A stretch of 62,575 nucleotides of DNA, the filler included, from Aduncisulcus paluster (taxonomy: Eukaryota), in the NCBI GenBank assembly GCA_024181965.1. It is 7 parts of 7 records of this genome, joined end to end, with 100 filler letters (N's around TTAATTAATTAA, not from the genome) between each part and the next. Parts side by side here need not be neighbours in the genome. Positions count along the whole stretch, not along the records: positions 1 to 16,161 come from BQXS01010016.1; positions 16,262 to 28,730 come from BQXS01010018.1; 5 more parts are not named here. One strand, 5' to 3'. Below the pieces are notes generated by a model, which worked only from the letters and a program-made list of their open reading frames with translations, was not told the origin of the DNA and made no database searches. Position 1 is the first letter of the stretch. Every line of letters begins with the position of its first letter. The translations under genes and the position numbers were made by a program. Shown here piece after piece: positions 11,417-23,300 of this stretch.

Positions 11417-12595
11417 TTATTTCCATGGAAGTAGAGATAATCGTTCAGCTTCAATGGTTTCCTCTGGCAGAGTAAAAACTAGGGAGTAGATGTAGAAATT
11501 GCGACAATTCTTCCAACCCCAATTTCGACTTAGTTCCCACATTCCTTTCCCTTCAATCTCACACAATACAACATTATCTAAATCAATAGGGAGGAAATAC
11601 CATTCAAATTCATGTTTAGGTCTTGTGAATTCATACTTCTTGGATGTTTTCTTACCATAATAATCAGTGAAAGTGAAGAGAAGAGATGGAGAACTCCAAT
11701 CCTTCCTCACACAGATATAAGCACCTTTCATAGGACTGGATGCTGGGAAAGGGATGGAAAGATGGGATAAGCAAACACCATCTTTCCCTTTTAACATATT
11801 ATTTGCTCTTGAACTCCTATCATAACATACAGATTCCTTACCATACAAATCACTCTCGCCCTTAACCATTGATAATGAAGGATCTACAATCTTTGGATCA
11901 TCACGTGGAATGGGAATAGAATCACCACAAGATTCTTTATCTCCTTCCTTAACAAACTCTGATTTTACAACAGGAGCTTCAGACCACAGTCTCTCTCTGG
12001 CTATACGACCAATGATTTCTTCAAGGGTTTCTTTTCGAAAGAAAACGAGGGAGTGGATTTTAAAAAACTCTTTCTTTCTTCCTTTCCCTGTAATCTCACA
12101 CAAAACAACATCAGGGAGGTCAACAGGAAGGAAATACCAACTATAACCTTTTAATCCAGTAAATTCGTATTTTTTGGATGTTTTCTCACCCTTTGAAGAT
12201 GTGAGAGTGAAGATAAGATGTGATGGAGGTGAAGCCCAATAATCGTCATATATACAGATATAAGCCCCTTTCATTGGGGAAGATGAAGAGAAAGGAATGG
12301 AGATATGGGTAAAATGCCCTTCATTATACTCTCCTTTCATTATCTTTTGTGCGTCAGAACTTTGATCGTACCATCTATCACTTCCTTCCTTTGTTCCATC
12401 TATTGCTTTGATAGTTGGAAACTCTGTACTCTTAATATTGGGGGCATCTCTAGGAATTGGACAACAAAAATTATCTCCTTTATGAACAAACTCAGGTTCC
12501 ACAGTTTGAATAACAGTGTCTGTGGATGCAGGCCTTGATCTAGAGAATGGAAATTCTATTTCCATTCTTTTTTTTGGAAAATTTTCTATTTCCAT
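11417..12595 (-). CDS. PIPRD-family protein with two tandem ~150-170-aa beta-rich domains; current N-terminus is transposon-derived, ancestral ATG at 15287
   Basis: Two copies of PIPRD..DQSSxAQxM.KG..HxSIPF..SPMKGAYIC..LxFT..GxKTSKKYEF..WYFLPxDL..VVLCEI.GKG..I.SLVF. Removing the element and one TSD restores ATG AGT TCA TCC ACA GAC ACT GTT (MSSSTDTVIQTVEPEF). Confidence 0.8.
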   Translation of the reverse strand: MEIENFPKKRMEIEFPFSRSRPASTDTVIQTVEPEFVHKGDNFCCPIPRDAPNIKSTEFPTIKAIDGTKEGSDRWYDQSSDAQKIMKGEYNEGHFTHISIPFSSSSPMKGAYICIYDDYWASPPSHLIFTLTSSKGEKTSKKYEFTGLKGYSWYFLPVDLPDVVLCEITGKGRKKEFFKIHSLVFFRKETLEEIIGRIARERLWSEAPVVKSEFVKEGDKESCGDSIPIPRDDPKIVDPSLSMVKGESDLYGKESVCYDRSSRANNMLKGKDGVCLSHLSIPFPASSPMKGAYICVRKDWSSPSLLFTFTDYYGKKTSKKYEFTRPKHEFEWYFLPIDLDNVVLCEIEGKGMWELSRNWGWKNCRNFYIYSLVFTLPEETIEAERLSLLPWK

Positions 12596-15272
12596 TCTCT
12601 CAGATTAAAAAATAAAGCTATTTCGATAGATTATTTCCCGATAATTTTGCTATGAAATTTTCCATTGTTGTCGTTTTCTCCTCAATAGCGTGGGTTATTT
12701 TCTGCCTTAATTGAACTTTTACTATATATATAACCTATTTATTTTAGTCTCTCTCCTCCTTTACTGGTTATTTTTGAACCAACTTATATCTACCACAATA
12801 GAAGATTATCATTTGCAATGCGCCCTAAAAAAATGTTTAAAATGCAATAAGAATTATATTTATGTGAAAATTCTAACGTCAAGTAGCATGATGATGTTCG
12901 CAAAAGGCCTTTTCCGCCGGGTGGGTTGCCTGTCATCGGGAATGATCTTATTTCGAAGAAAAGTTTTGCAAATATGACCTCAATGGTTAAATTATTGATA
13001 ATTAATCCAGGAAAATGTTGCTACAATAGCTCAAAAGGCTCATGTAAGCGAATACAAAGATTTTCCTATTTCCATTCTTTTATTTTGGGAATTTTCTATT
13101 TCCATTCTCTCAAATTTTCTATTTCCATTCTTTTTGGAAATTCTATTTCCATTCTCTAGATCAAGGCCTGTGTGGATGAAAAAATAAAGCTATTTCGATA
13201 GATTATTTCCCGATAATTTTGCTATGAAATTTTCCATTGTTGTCGTTTTCTCCTCAATAGCGTGGGTTATTTTCTGCCTTAATTGAACTTTTACTATATA
13301 TATAACCTATTTATTTTAGTCTCTCTCCTCCTTTACTGGTTATTTTTGAACCAACTTATATCTACCACAATAGAAGATTATCATTTGCAATGCGCCCTAA
13401 AAAAATGTTTAAAATGCAATAAGAATTATATTTATGTGAAAATTCTAACGTCAAGTAGCATGATGATGTTCGCAAAAGGCCTTTTCCGCCGGGTGGGTTG
13501 CCTGTCATCGGGAATGATCTTATTTCGAAGAAAAGTTTTGCAAATATGACCTCAATGGTTAAATTATTGATAATTAATCCAGGAAAATGTTGCTACAATA
13601 GCTCAAAAGGCTCATGTAAGCGAATACAAAGATTTTCCTATTTCCATTCTTTTATTTTGGGAATTTTCTATTTCCATTCTCTCAGATTAAAAAATAAAGC
13701 TATTTCGATAGATTATTTCCCGATAATTTTGCTATGAAATTTTCCATTGTTGTCGTTTTCTCCTCAATAGCGTGGGTTATTTTCTGCCTTAATTGAACTT
13801 TTACTATATATATAACCTATTTATTTTAGTCTCTCTCCTCCTTTACTGGTTATTTTTGAACCAACTTATATCTACCACAATAGAAGATTATCATTTGCAA
13901 TGCGCCCTAAAAAAATGTTTAAAATGCAATAAGAATTATATTTATGTGAAAATTCTAACGTCAAGTAGCATGATGATGTTCGCAAAAGGCCTTTTCCGCC
14001 GGGTGGGTTGCCTGTCATCGGGAATGATCTTATTTCGAAGAAAAGTTTTGCAAATATGACCTCAATGGTTAAATTATTGATAATTAATCCAGGAAAATGT
14101 TGCTACAATAGCTCAAAAGGCTCATGTAAGCGAATACAAAGATTTTCCTATTTCCATTCTTTTATTTTGGGAATTTTCTATTTCCATTCTCTCAGATTAA
14201 AAAATAAAGCTATTTCGATAGATTATTTCCCGATAATTTTGCTATGAAATTTTCCATTGTTGTCGTTTTCTCCTCAATAGCGTGGGTTATTTTCTGCCTT
14301 AATTGAACTTTTACTATATATATAACCTATTTATTTTAGTCTCTCTCCTCCTTTACTGGTTATTTTTGAACCAACTTATATCTACCACAATAGAAGATTA
14401 TCATTTGCAATGCGCCCTAAAAAAATGTTTAAAATGCAATAAGAATTATATTTATGTGAAAATTCTAACGTCAAGTAGCATGATGATGTTCGCAAAAGGC
14501 CTTTTCCGCCGGGTGGGTTGCCTGTCATCGGGAATGATCTTATTTCGAAGAAAAGTTTTGCAAATATGACCTCAATGGTTAAATTATTGATAATTAATCC
14601 AGGAAAATGTTGATACAATAGCTCAAAAGGCTCATGTAAGCGAATACAAAGATTTTCCTATTTCCATTCTTTTTTTTGGAAAATTTTCTATTTCCATTCT
14701 CTCAGATTAAAAAATAAAGCTATTTCGATAGATTATTTCCCGATAATTTTGCTATGAAATTTTCCATTGTTGTCGTTTTCTCCTCAATAGCGTGGGTTAT
14801 TTTCTGCCTTAATTGAACTTTTACTATATATATAACCTATTTATTTTAGTCTCTCTCCTCCTTTACTGGTTATTTTTGAACCAACTTATATCTACCACAA
14901 TAGAAGATTATCATTTGCAATGCGCCCTAAAAAAATGTTTAAAATGCAATAAGAATTATATTTATGTGAAAATTCTAACGTCAAGTAGCATGATGATGTT
15001 CGCAAAAGGCCTTTTCCGCCGGGTGGGTTGCCTGTCATCGGGAATGATCTTATTTCGAAGAAAAGTTTTGCAAATATGACCTCAATGGTTAAATTATTGA
15101 TAATTAATCCAGGAAAATGTTGCTACAATAGCTCAAAAGGCTCATGTAAGCGAATACAAAGATTTTCCTATTTCCATTCTTTTATTTTGGGAATTTTCTA
15201 TTTCCATTCTCTCAAATTTTCTATTTCCATTCTTTTTGGAAATTCTATTTCCATTCTCTAGATCAAGGCCTG
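12529..15272. mobile_element. Non-autonomous hAT-type DNA transposon (MITE, 642-bp monomer), internally amplified
   Basis: Left TIR CAGGCCTTGATCTAGAGAATGGAAAT (12529-12554); right TIR ATTTCCATTCTCTAGATCAAGGCCTG ending at 13170 and again at 15272. 8-bp TSD TGTGGATG at 12521-12528, 13171-13178 and 15273-15280. Subterminal TTTTCTATTTCCATTCT repeats; no transposase. Confidence 0.9.
12600..15240. repeat. Five near-identical tandem copies of the MITE core (periods 572, 510, 510, 510 bp)
   Basis: Identical spurious ORFs start at 12711, 13283, 13793, 14303 and 14813. One SNP near 14613 and different junction types between units. Confidence 0.92.
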
Positions 15273-15810
15273 TGTGGATGAACTCATTTGAATAGAGATA
15301 GAATATTATCTAAAGAATAAAAACAAGCAGAATAATATTTGTATTTGTGAACAAACAGAATAAATGCGAATTTCAAGGAGAACAGTCCGAGAAACAAAGA
15401 CAAAACTAACAAAACGAACAAAACGAACAAGAAACGACCACACAGCACAATATAGTAAATATAATTGAATGAATCCAATTAAAATATTTCTTAATGTACA
15501 TTTAACAAAAGCTATGATATATAGTAAACATACAATTTGCTATTAACACAAGGAAAAATAGATGACCAAATATACAACCCTTCAATAGACACGATAGGAA
15601 GGTTAAGACCATTTATGAACGATTTCAATGCTATTTAATAACATGGATACATTTCCATTTCATTTCTATCCTTATCCTTGCTTTTCTGTTTATTTTCACT
15701 TGCTTTTGCTTACAATCAAAAATATCAAGAACTCGGAATATGATGGTATACATATGTCTGTATACTGCTACGAATCTAATCCCCTGATGCTTCATGGAAC
15801 ATGACATTTC

Positions 15811-15868
15811 CTCCAACTCCCGCTCCAACTCCAATTCCAACTCCAACTCTATATCCAATGCCAATTCC
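15811..15868. repeat. Degenerate hexamer microsatellite (CCAACT)n
   Basis: ctccaactcccgctccaactccaattccaactccaactctatatccaatgccaattcc. Confidence 0.7.
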
Positions 15869-15954
15869 TGATTATCTGATACATTTAATACTGAGATTTG
15901 TGCTATTTCACCCTAGATTGACAATGTGATAATCATGGAAAGTGATATCGTATG

Positions 15955-16161
15955 TTTTTTGAATTCAGTTGGAATGGGTATGATTATCAGTGGTTGGGAT
16001 GAAGCCTTTCTTACATTAAGTGTTGGTGAAAGAGCCACGATTGTAATCAAATCGATCCTGAGTATGGTTATGGTGTCCATGCCACGGGCCGTGGAGCTGG
16101 CGATTCTATTCCACCTGATTCCACTCTCATATTTGATGTTGAATTATTAGGAATCAAGAAA
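15955..16161 (+). pseudogene. FKBP-type peptidyl-prolyl isomerase, frameshifted C-terminal half
   Basis: FEF/VGMGMIISGWDEAFLTLSVGERATIVI/DPEYGYG..IPPDSTLIFDVELLGIK matches the FKBP signature (GxVIxGWDE..VGExA...YGYG..IPPxSTLxFDVELL). 5-nt insertion (taatc-aaatc) near 16049 and another indel near 15967. Confidence 0.8.
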
Positions 16162-16261
16162 NNNNNNNNNNNNNNNNNNNNNNNNNNNNNNNNNNNNNNN
16201 NNNNNTTAATTAATTAANNNNNNNNNNNNNNNNNNNNNNNNNNNNNNNNNNNNNNNNNNNN
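16162..16261. other. Artificial contig linker (N44-TTAATTAATTAA-N44); same linker at 28731-28830, 35275-35374, 46624-46723, 51530-51629, 58559-58658
   Basis: Identical 100-nt six-frame stop linkers, with unrelated and truncated genes on either side. Confidence 0.97.
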
Positions 16262-16514
16262 ATATGATTTGTATCCATAAATAATAAAATATCTAAGTAA
16301 ATGTGCTTTTAAACTGTTAAAATTGAGTTTTATTGTGATTTCTTAAATTATATTTGTGATGATGTTGGATACCCCAATAAATATTGCCGTATCGATTCAA
16401 TACATACAAGGTACTTTCTATATTTGCTATTCGGCATTGGGGTATCCTTGCAATTTCGGAGAAATAAAACTGAGTATGGGGTCAAATATGCCATCCAATG
16501 ACATGACAAAAAAT

Positions 16515-16750
16515 GAATAAAAGTATTACCAAAGTATTACCATATAGATAATTTAATACCACTATTTTTAATGGTATTACTTATGGTATTACCATGGTAT
16601 TACTTTAAGGTATTACCACAATAATACCATTATTTTTAATGGTAATACCATGGTAATACATTAAGAAATACCACTATTTTTAGTGGTATTACCATAAAAA
16701 ATTTCTGGAATGGTATTACCATGGTAATACTTTTATTCGGAACGCTAGTG
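16515..16750. repeat. Fold-back array of GGTATTACC/GGTAATACC motifs; probable DNA transposon terminus
   Basis: About a dozen direct and inverted motif copies. 17-bp perfect IR GAATAAAAGTATTACCA (16515-16531) / TGGTAATACTTTTATTC (16722-16738); 18-bp palindrome 16713-16730; ends ...CGCTAGTG at 16750. Confidence 0.7.
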
Positions 16751-17190
16751 AAAGCATCAAAGATTTATTGCCCCAGATTGGAGAAGGATTTGAATGTCCA
16801 TCCATTGAGGATATTATTGAACGTCAGCTTGCAGAGTATGAAGGAACCTCTGGATGCATCGAAGAGGTAAAGAAAGATGAGAGGGAAAAAGAAAAGGATG
16901 GTCAAGTTTCCCTCGTTTCAACAATTCAAAGTAAGGAGGAAGATTCTCGTGATGTTCCTTCGTATGCTAAAGAAAGAACTAAAGAAGAAGCTCATGAAGA
17001 TTATGGTCGCATTGAGGAAAGTTCTGATGGCATTGAGTCTGAAGAATATAGAAATACGAGAATGAAATCAATGGGATCATCAACAATACAGAGTTCTGTG
17101 GGTGATCATAGAGACATGATGCCATTTACTCTTGATATTGATAGCTGTGGTCGAAGGATTATCATGCCCAAAGAAACACAAGCCGAATAA
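16750..17190 (+). pseudogene. 3' remnant of a gene, truncated at the fold-back element
   Basis: Coding-like frame ESIKDLLPQIGEGFECPSIEDIIERQLAEY... starts abruptly at the repeat boundary with no ATG. Confidence 0.5.
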
Positions 17191-17394
17191 TTGCCACTTC
17201 TCAATATGAAGCATAATTAAAATGAAATCTATGATAAGGAGTGTGATAACTCTGCAAATTAATAAGGAATATTGTAATTGTATGAGACCACTCTGTTTCA
17301 ACTTGAAACAGCTGTTTCAGAAACAGTATAGCCTGTTCTATACAAATATATCATTTATTGGAGTTCCAATAAGTTCTTGAAGAAGTAAATTTCT

Positions 17395-20300
17395 CTAACA
17401 ATATACCTCAGAAATAGCTCGGAATATTGAATCGGCCATCAAGAATCTTGCGGCTTCTTCCTCTTCATTATCAATAGTATGTTTAATTCTTGCTTGGGTG
17501 AGTCCATCACATGCAATAAGATCACTCTTCGCTTGCTTTTGTCTCAACTTCTCGATGCGAGAAAGCGGGGTATCTCTCTTCCTATCATCTTCAGTCTCTT
17601 CATTAACGGTCCACAACACGCCACCACGGCCACTAATACCGTCACTTTGAATGTGTGAGAAAGGAGTGAGTTCTTCCGACTCCTTCATATTAATTACAGA
17701 CTGATAGATTCCTTCTTGCATCCTTGACACAAGTGGATCTTGCAAAGAAGTTGTCAAGGAAGCAGGGAGTAAGATGTGAGAAGGAAGAGGGTGATGTGAC
17801 ACAGTGGTATGAGTGAGGATGTCTTGTAAATCATGAGGAATAAAGGAAGCGGATACACCACGTTTCAAAAGCTCCCCAAATGCAGGCTCACCACTCTTAT
17901 CCACGGCGCTGGCCGATGAAGATGCCGGTTGCTTTCTCGTGAGCATTCTCACAGCATCACACCCATGTCCAAGAGCACCAGGCTGGTCTCTAAAAAGCCA
18001 CATGTCTTCTGTCGAATGCGTGTGTGCAGCAACAAGAAGATGAAGCTGGAAAGAAGTTGTCTTGTCGGCTCCAGAAGAGAATTTGTTCCAAGGATGTTCC
18101 TTGGGATTTAGACACACTGCATTCATAGTTGACAGAGCCTGCTCTCTTTCTCGCATCTGATCCATTTCTTTCTGACATTGCTCAATGACTTCTTTCCTCT
18201 TTCGGACAGCTGCAGGAGCACGCTCACCACTCACCATCGTATTGAGGGCAACTTCCTCGGCTTTGACAACAGAATCATCCTCAAGTTCCTCACCAAATCC
18301 ATACGTCAGCCCCTGTTCAACAGTTCTCATGCGTGAGGAACGAGTAGTAGCGATCACAGCAGAGAGACGGGCACCTCCACGCAAAGGATGGGCATGGCGA
18401 TGGGCAAGGGCTACGGATGCACTTCCATCAGGTTGGTTTGAAAGATCAAGGCCAGGTTCATGCAATCCAGAAATGCCACGCTCAACTCGAGAAAGCATAT
18501 CCCTTCTGCGACGCACTTTAAGTTTCTTCTTCAATCGATCTTCTTTCTTTTTAGTGTCTGTCCATTTCTCTGTGTATGTATGGTCAAGAGAAGGTCGATG
18601 TCCGGAACTTCGCAAGAACTTTGAAAGATTGGTTGATTTCTCTGCAAATACTTCTTCATGAGGCTGTTGTGAAGGAATAGAAATCATCCCATCTCCTTTC
18701 AAGGCACTTGTTGGTGACAACCTTGAAGCATTTAGTACAGATCCAGACAGCATTCCTGCATCATCTGGAGCAATAAACTCATGATGTGTGGAAGAAGCAA
18801 GTGAAGCATCCATTCCATTGTAACCTGGAGACAAACCAGACAATGATCCTCTCTCACCGCCTTGAGAACCTTGGCCTCCATCACGAGAACTTCTCGGGAA
18901 ATCAATCACAAACGATGGAGTGGATATTTCATGCAAATCACACAATAATCTCTGTAAAACAACCATGCTATCCACACCTGCCCTTAATTTCACACGGCAA
19001 CACACGACACCGCCAGGGGCAATCTCACCAGTTGTCGGACTAACAGTGACATCACACCCACCCTGTTCAAGCTGATCCTCTTCACTGCTGAAAATCGTTG
19101 ATAAGAACTGATCACGATGCCATTTGAATGAGAATGAAGAGTTTTCGCTCATGTTTGATAGCATGACCATTCCCATGCAAGTGGAACTGGTTGGCAACAG
19201 ACCGAATGACATCAGAGAAGGAGAGAGAACAACAGGACAACATCCTTCACGTTCTTCATAACAGCACAAGGGATTGTTATGGATGTGTTTTGGAGATAAA
19301 GAAGAGAACTCATGGGGGATCAGTGACATCGGCGTCTTGGAGGGGAGCAGAGGTATCTTTCCGGTTTGTGCTGGGGTCTTAATTGTGGGCTGACGACTAT
19401 CACGCATCGCACGTTCAGAGATTTCAGTATCCAATGAAGTTACATTCTCAATGTCCTTTAGAGTCACGACACAGGTCTTATTGCTGCCACTTAGGAGAGG
19501 CATTACTTGTTCACTCTCAGAAATAGCCTTGGAAGACTCTTGAGGAATAGGCATGAAACCATATCCATGTAGAACGATTGAGACAAGGGTTCCTGAGGGG
19601 ACGAGAGAGGACAAGTCACCTTTGTCAAGATTCTCAGATGTCACTTGCTGGAACTCTGTGGGAATCTTTCCAGCAAAGACACTCACAGCATCAAGACCAG
19701 AATTTACATTGCCTCCAAGATCATGAATATGTTTTCCAGGTGCGACAGATGTTATACGATTGCGACTTCTGGATGGTTGGTGTTCAAGTTTCAGAGATGG
19801 GACTTGTGGCATTTTGATTCCAGTGTCTAACACAAGTGGTTCTTCTTTCTGTTTTAATACCATTCTCCGTTTAGTGGCTACAAGCGGAACACCACAGCCA
19901 ACAGATCCAATCACGACTTCTCCCATGTTCCCATCACCCTTCTTGATAATTCTATCTTTCACAACACAGACACCACGGCGCATTCTCCTTCTCCCACGTC
20001 TTAAGGGCATTGTTGAACGCTGTTCTTTCCTTCCTTTAAGACGGCTGACGACTGTGACTGGTCTGGCCATAGAAGTGTTCCTTGAAGTTAGCAAAGAGAA
20101 CTCCTTTGATGTGTCTCCAATGACACTCATGGCTGTGACAGCACGAATGTCAACTTCACCTTCATCTTCATAGTCAGAAGGTTGAGCAGGACGGATCGAC
20201 AAGGGCAATAGACAGGAATAATGAATAGGTCGTATTGGGGAGAAGATAACATGGAGTGGAGCATGTCCCCAAGCAGGCACAACAAACGGTTGTGATGATG

Positions 20301-23300
20301 CGAGTTCAAATATCGATGATCCAGCATTAAGCTGTCTCAAACTGGAGAAAGCATTTCCAAATGGATCAGCAGTGACCACGACATCATAGGCTCCATTATT
20401 CCGAACAATAAGCTNNNNNNNNNNNNNNNNNNNNGGAGCATGTCCCCAAGCAGGCACAACAAACGGTTGTGATGATGCGAGTTCAAATATCGATGATCCA
20501 GCATTAAGCTGTCTCAAACTGGAGAAAGCATTTCCAAATGGATCAGCAGTGACCACGACATCATAGGCTCCATTATTCCGAACAATAAGCTGTTGTAGCA
20601 AAGGCTGAGAGTGTGATAATGGTACAGGAAGAAGAGTGAAAGAAGAGACAATGGGACAAATGGAATCATCCATAAAGGGGAGTTGAGTTGAACCTAACCC
20701 TGACCCAGCAGATGTCGTATGAGAACCACTGCCATCTGCAGAAACAGATGTGGAAGAGGTTGAAGATGATATCGCATGAGCATCATATGGAATGGCATGT
20801 GAAGAATCAGTAAGAGATTTAACCTTAGCCTCAACAATGGATGCGTCACGAAGAGAAGCACCAGTATGTTCATTAATGCCAGTACTACGAACACTCACAC
20901 CCAATTCTCTCTCTCGTCTCACTTCTCGAAGTCGACGTGAAGTCCTTACTTCTCCAAGTTGAGAAGCAGTCGTGTGATTCATGGGCCAGAAAGAAAGATC
21001 CTTGACACGTCTTGAGTAAGGATTTGAGAAATCAACACCGACATCAACATCAAGCGATGATAAAGTGAATGATTTCACGATAATCAAAACCATGTGTCCG
21101 TTTTTAACATCTAGAACGAAAGGAATCTCCAGGAATCCAGGAAGAACATGCCAAGCTTTAATATGCACTGTTCCACGTTCATTGGGACCGATTTGGACTT
21201 CACTATCCTCAATCTCAAAGGCTCCACTATGAATAGTTGAGGATAAAGATAAGAATCGAGGATGGGGTTGGGCACTTTCGGCCCATCTTTCGACCTGAGG
21301 AATGAAATTATGAGGACCAACAACACGAATGTTGACATCTACAAGGCCAGTGTTTTCAAATGTGAGAGATAAACGGGTGTACAAAGAATTTGATCCAGAG
21401 GTATTAACTTTGGCGGTCGTGCTGACATTTCTGAAATGTATTTGCTTATCCCCATCTTCTCGAATAATGGTCTTAGATTTGGGCACTTTAATGGGAATTG
21501 TAGAACCCATAAGCGTTGTGACAATGTTATCTTCATCCTCGTCTTCTGACTCGTCTTCTACTTCAAAAGAGGAAGAATCTTCTTCAGAGCTGGAAGACAA
21601 CGATTTCATGGTAATCTTTGTTTGATCACTGTTCTTCTTCTTGGAGATACGTAGTGCATGGACAGCTGGGAGCTCAATCACGTGAACTGGAAGATTGTCC
21701 AACATAGTGGTGCCATCAGGGCATATTACAGGGCTAGCTCCAGTTCTACGCATCTGTCGTTCACTCTGAGTGATATGTGTGTTGTGGATCATAGCATTTA
21801 AATCATCAATGTGACATAGTTTCCATGCATTGATTGAGTCGTGGCGACTCACTGAACATCCACAGACACGCAACATAGGAAGAGAAGAGGAGAGCTTAAT
21901 GGGAATATTCGTTACCTTCGGCTTTGTTATCGAGAGTGTCTGATCAAGGGAAGAAAAGAGAGGGAGCAACGTTGAGAGTGTAGAAGAAAGAGATTTCACG
22001 ATATCTTCCTCGCCAGAACGAGACCTAACTAAATTTAGACCAGTGTTGCTGAACCTTGATGGTTTGTTAACAACACTAGAACCAATCATTCTTGCTTCTT
22101 GTTCTTCTTCTTTCTTCTTCAACCATTCCTCTACAATTGAATGCTTAGCAACACACATAATAGCGAATCGCTTGGCTTTACGCATTGCAACTGGAGGAAG
22201 AGGTTCAGGGAAAGCACATTGGACATCAATAGCGAACGTTGAATGGACGTGAGGGTGCAAGAATAACTGAACGTCAAGAGATTCACCACTTTCAATGGCA
22301 CCAGAGGAAGAAGGGGCAAAAGTAAGAAGAGGAGGAAGCGAGGAGAGTGGTCCAGCTGTCGAGGCTGATGTTAGTGACTCTGAAGTACCTTGGATATCGT
22401 GACCAGATGAAGAAAGAATACAGACACTCTTGGAATCGGAGTTAGATGTCAATAAACACCCAGTGTCTCCTTTCTTTTCAGTTCCACAGAGTCCAAGGGG
22501 TGGGTCTGGAGCAGCGACATCTCGTCTTCTGACACTGCAACTATCATCTCCATTGTCACATTCTTCCTCATAGTCTCCTTCAGTTTCTTTCACTCTATAA
22601 CCCATGGAGAACTGAGCTCTTGTATCACTGAGGTTTTTGACACATAATGTTGCAGATACTTCGTCTCCAGCACTCACATTTGAGAAAGAGAACGAGTCTG
22701 GAGTCAAAGTAAGATTTCTGGGAGTAGCCTCGCAAGTTATCTGTATAAAATGAGTTCTGTATGATAGCAAATAGTTAGGAACAGTACTGTCAGCCACCAA
22801 TAAGTTATTCTTGTGACTCTTGACACGTGAATGGGAGGACGTAGAAGGCACAGGTGGGATGGGTGCACTCGGAGCATTAAACAAACGACTGAATATCGTG
22901 TGTTCTGACTTTGAGTGAGGGTACAAACATGGAGTCTCTTCGATCACAGGTTTATATTCTTCATCTTGCTCTCCATGAAGAGAGGATTTATCGAGAATAA
23001 TCACACTGTTCAGAGCTTCATCCACAGTGGAGGAAGAGGAGGATGACTGTTGTTCGAGGGAAGAACGTAAAGAACAGGCCAATACATGATGTTCAATACT
23101 GGCACGACGGTCAGGGTCAGAGGGGGATTTGGTCTCAAAGGCAGGAATGACTCCCTTGTCATCTTGGTCCCGATAACACAATGATTTGGGAACAGGAACA
23201 CTGACAGGAGAAGCTGACACAACATAAGATACAGAAAAGTCAAAGGATCCTTCACGCGGCGGAGAGATATACACAGTAAAAGATACAGACTCCCCAGGAG

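Noticed and set aside
12600-15240. Array as CRISPR, 5S rRNA or spliced-leader RNA cluster
   Set aside because: Units are identical with no unique spacers, no 5S or SL/Sm features were recognised, and TIRs plus TSD explain it as a transposon.
12711-15261. Repeated 88-aa and 77-79-aa ORFs in the tandem array
   Set aside because: TTG-started, AT-rich frames inside a noncoding MITE core, with no transposase or other motifs.
16206-16217. TTAATTAATTAA motif recurring six times
   Set aside because: Artificial six-frame stop linker centred in 100-nt N blocks; gene adjacency across the linkers is not biological evidence.
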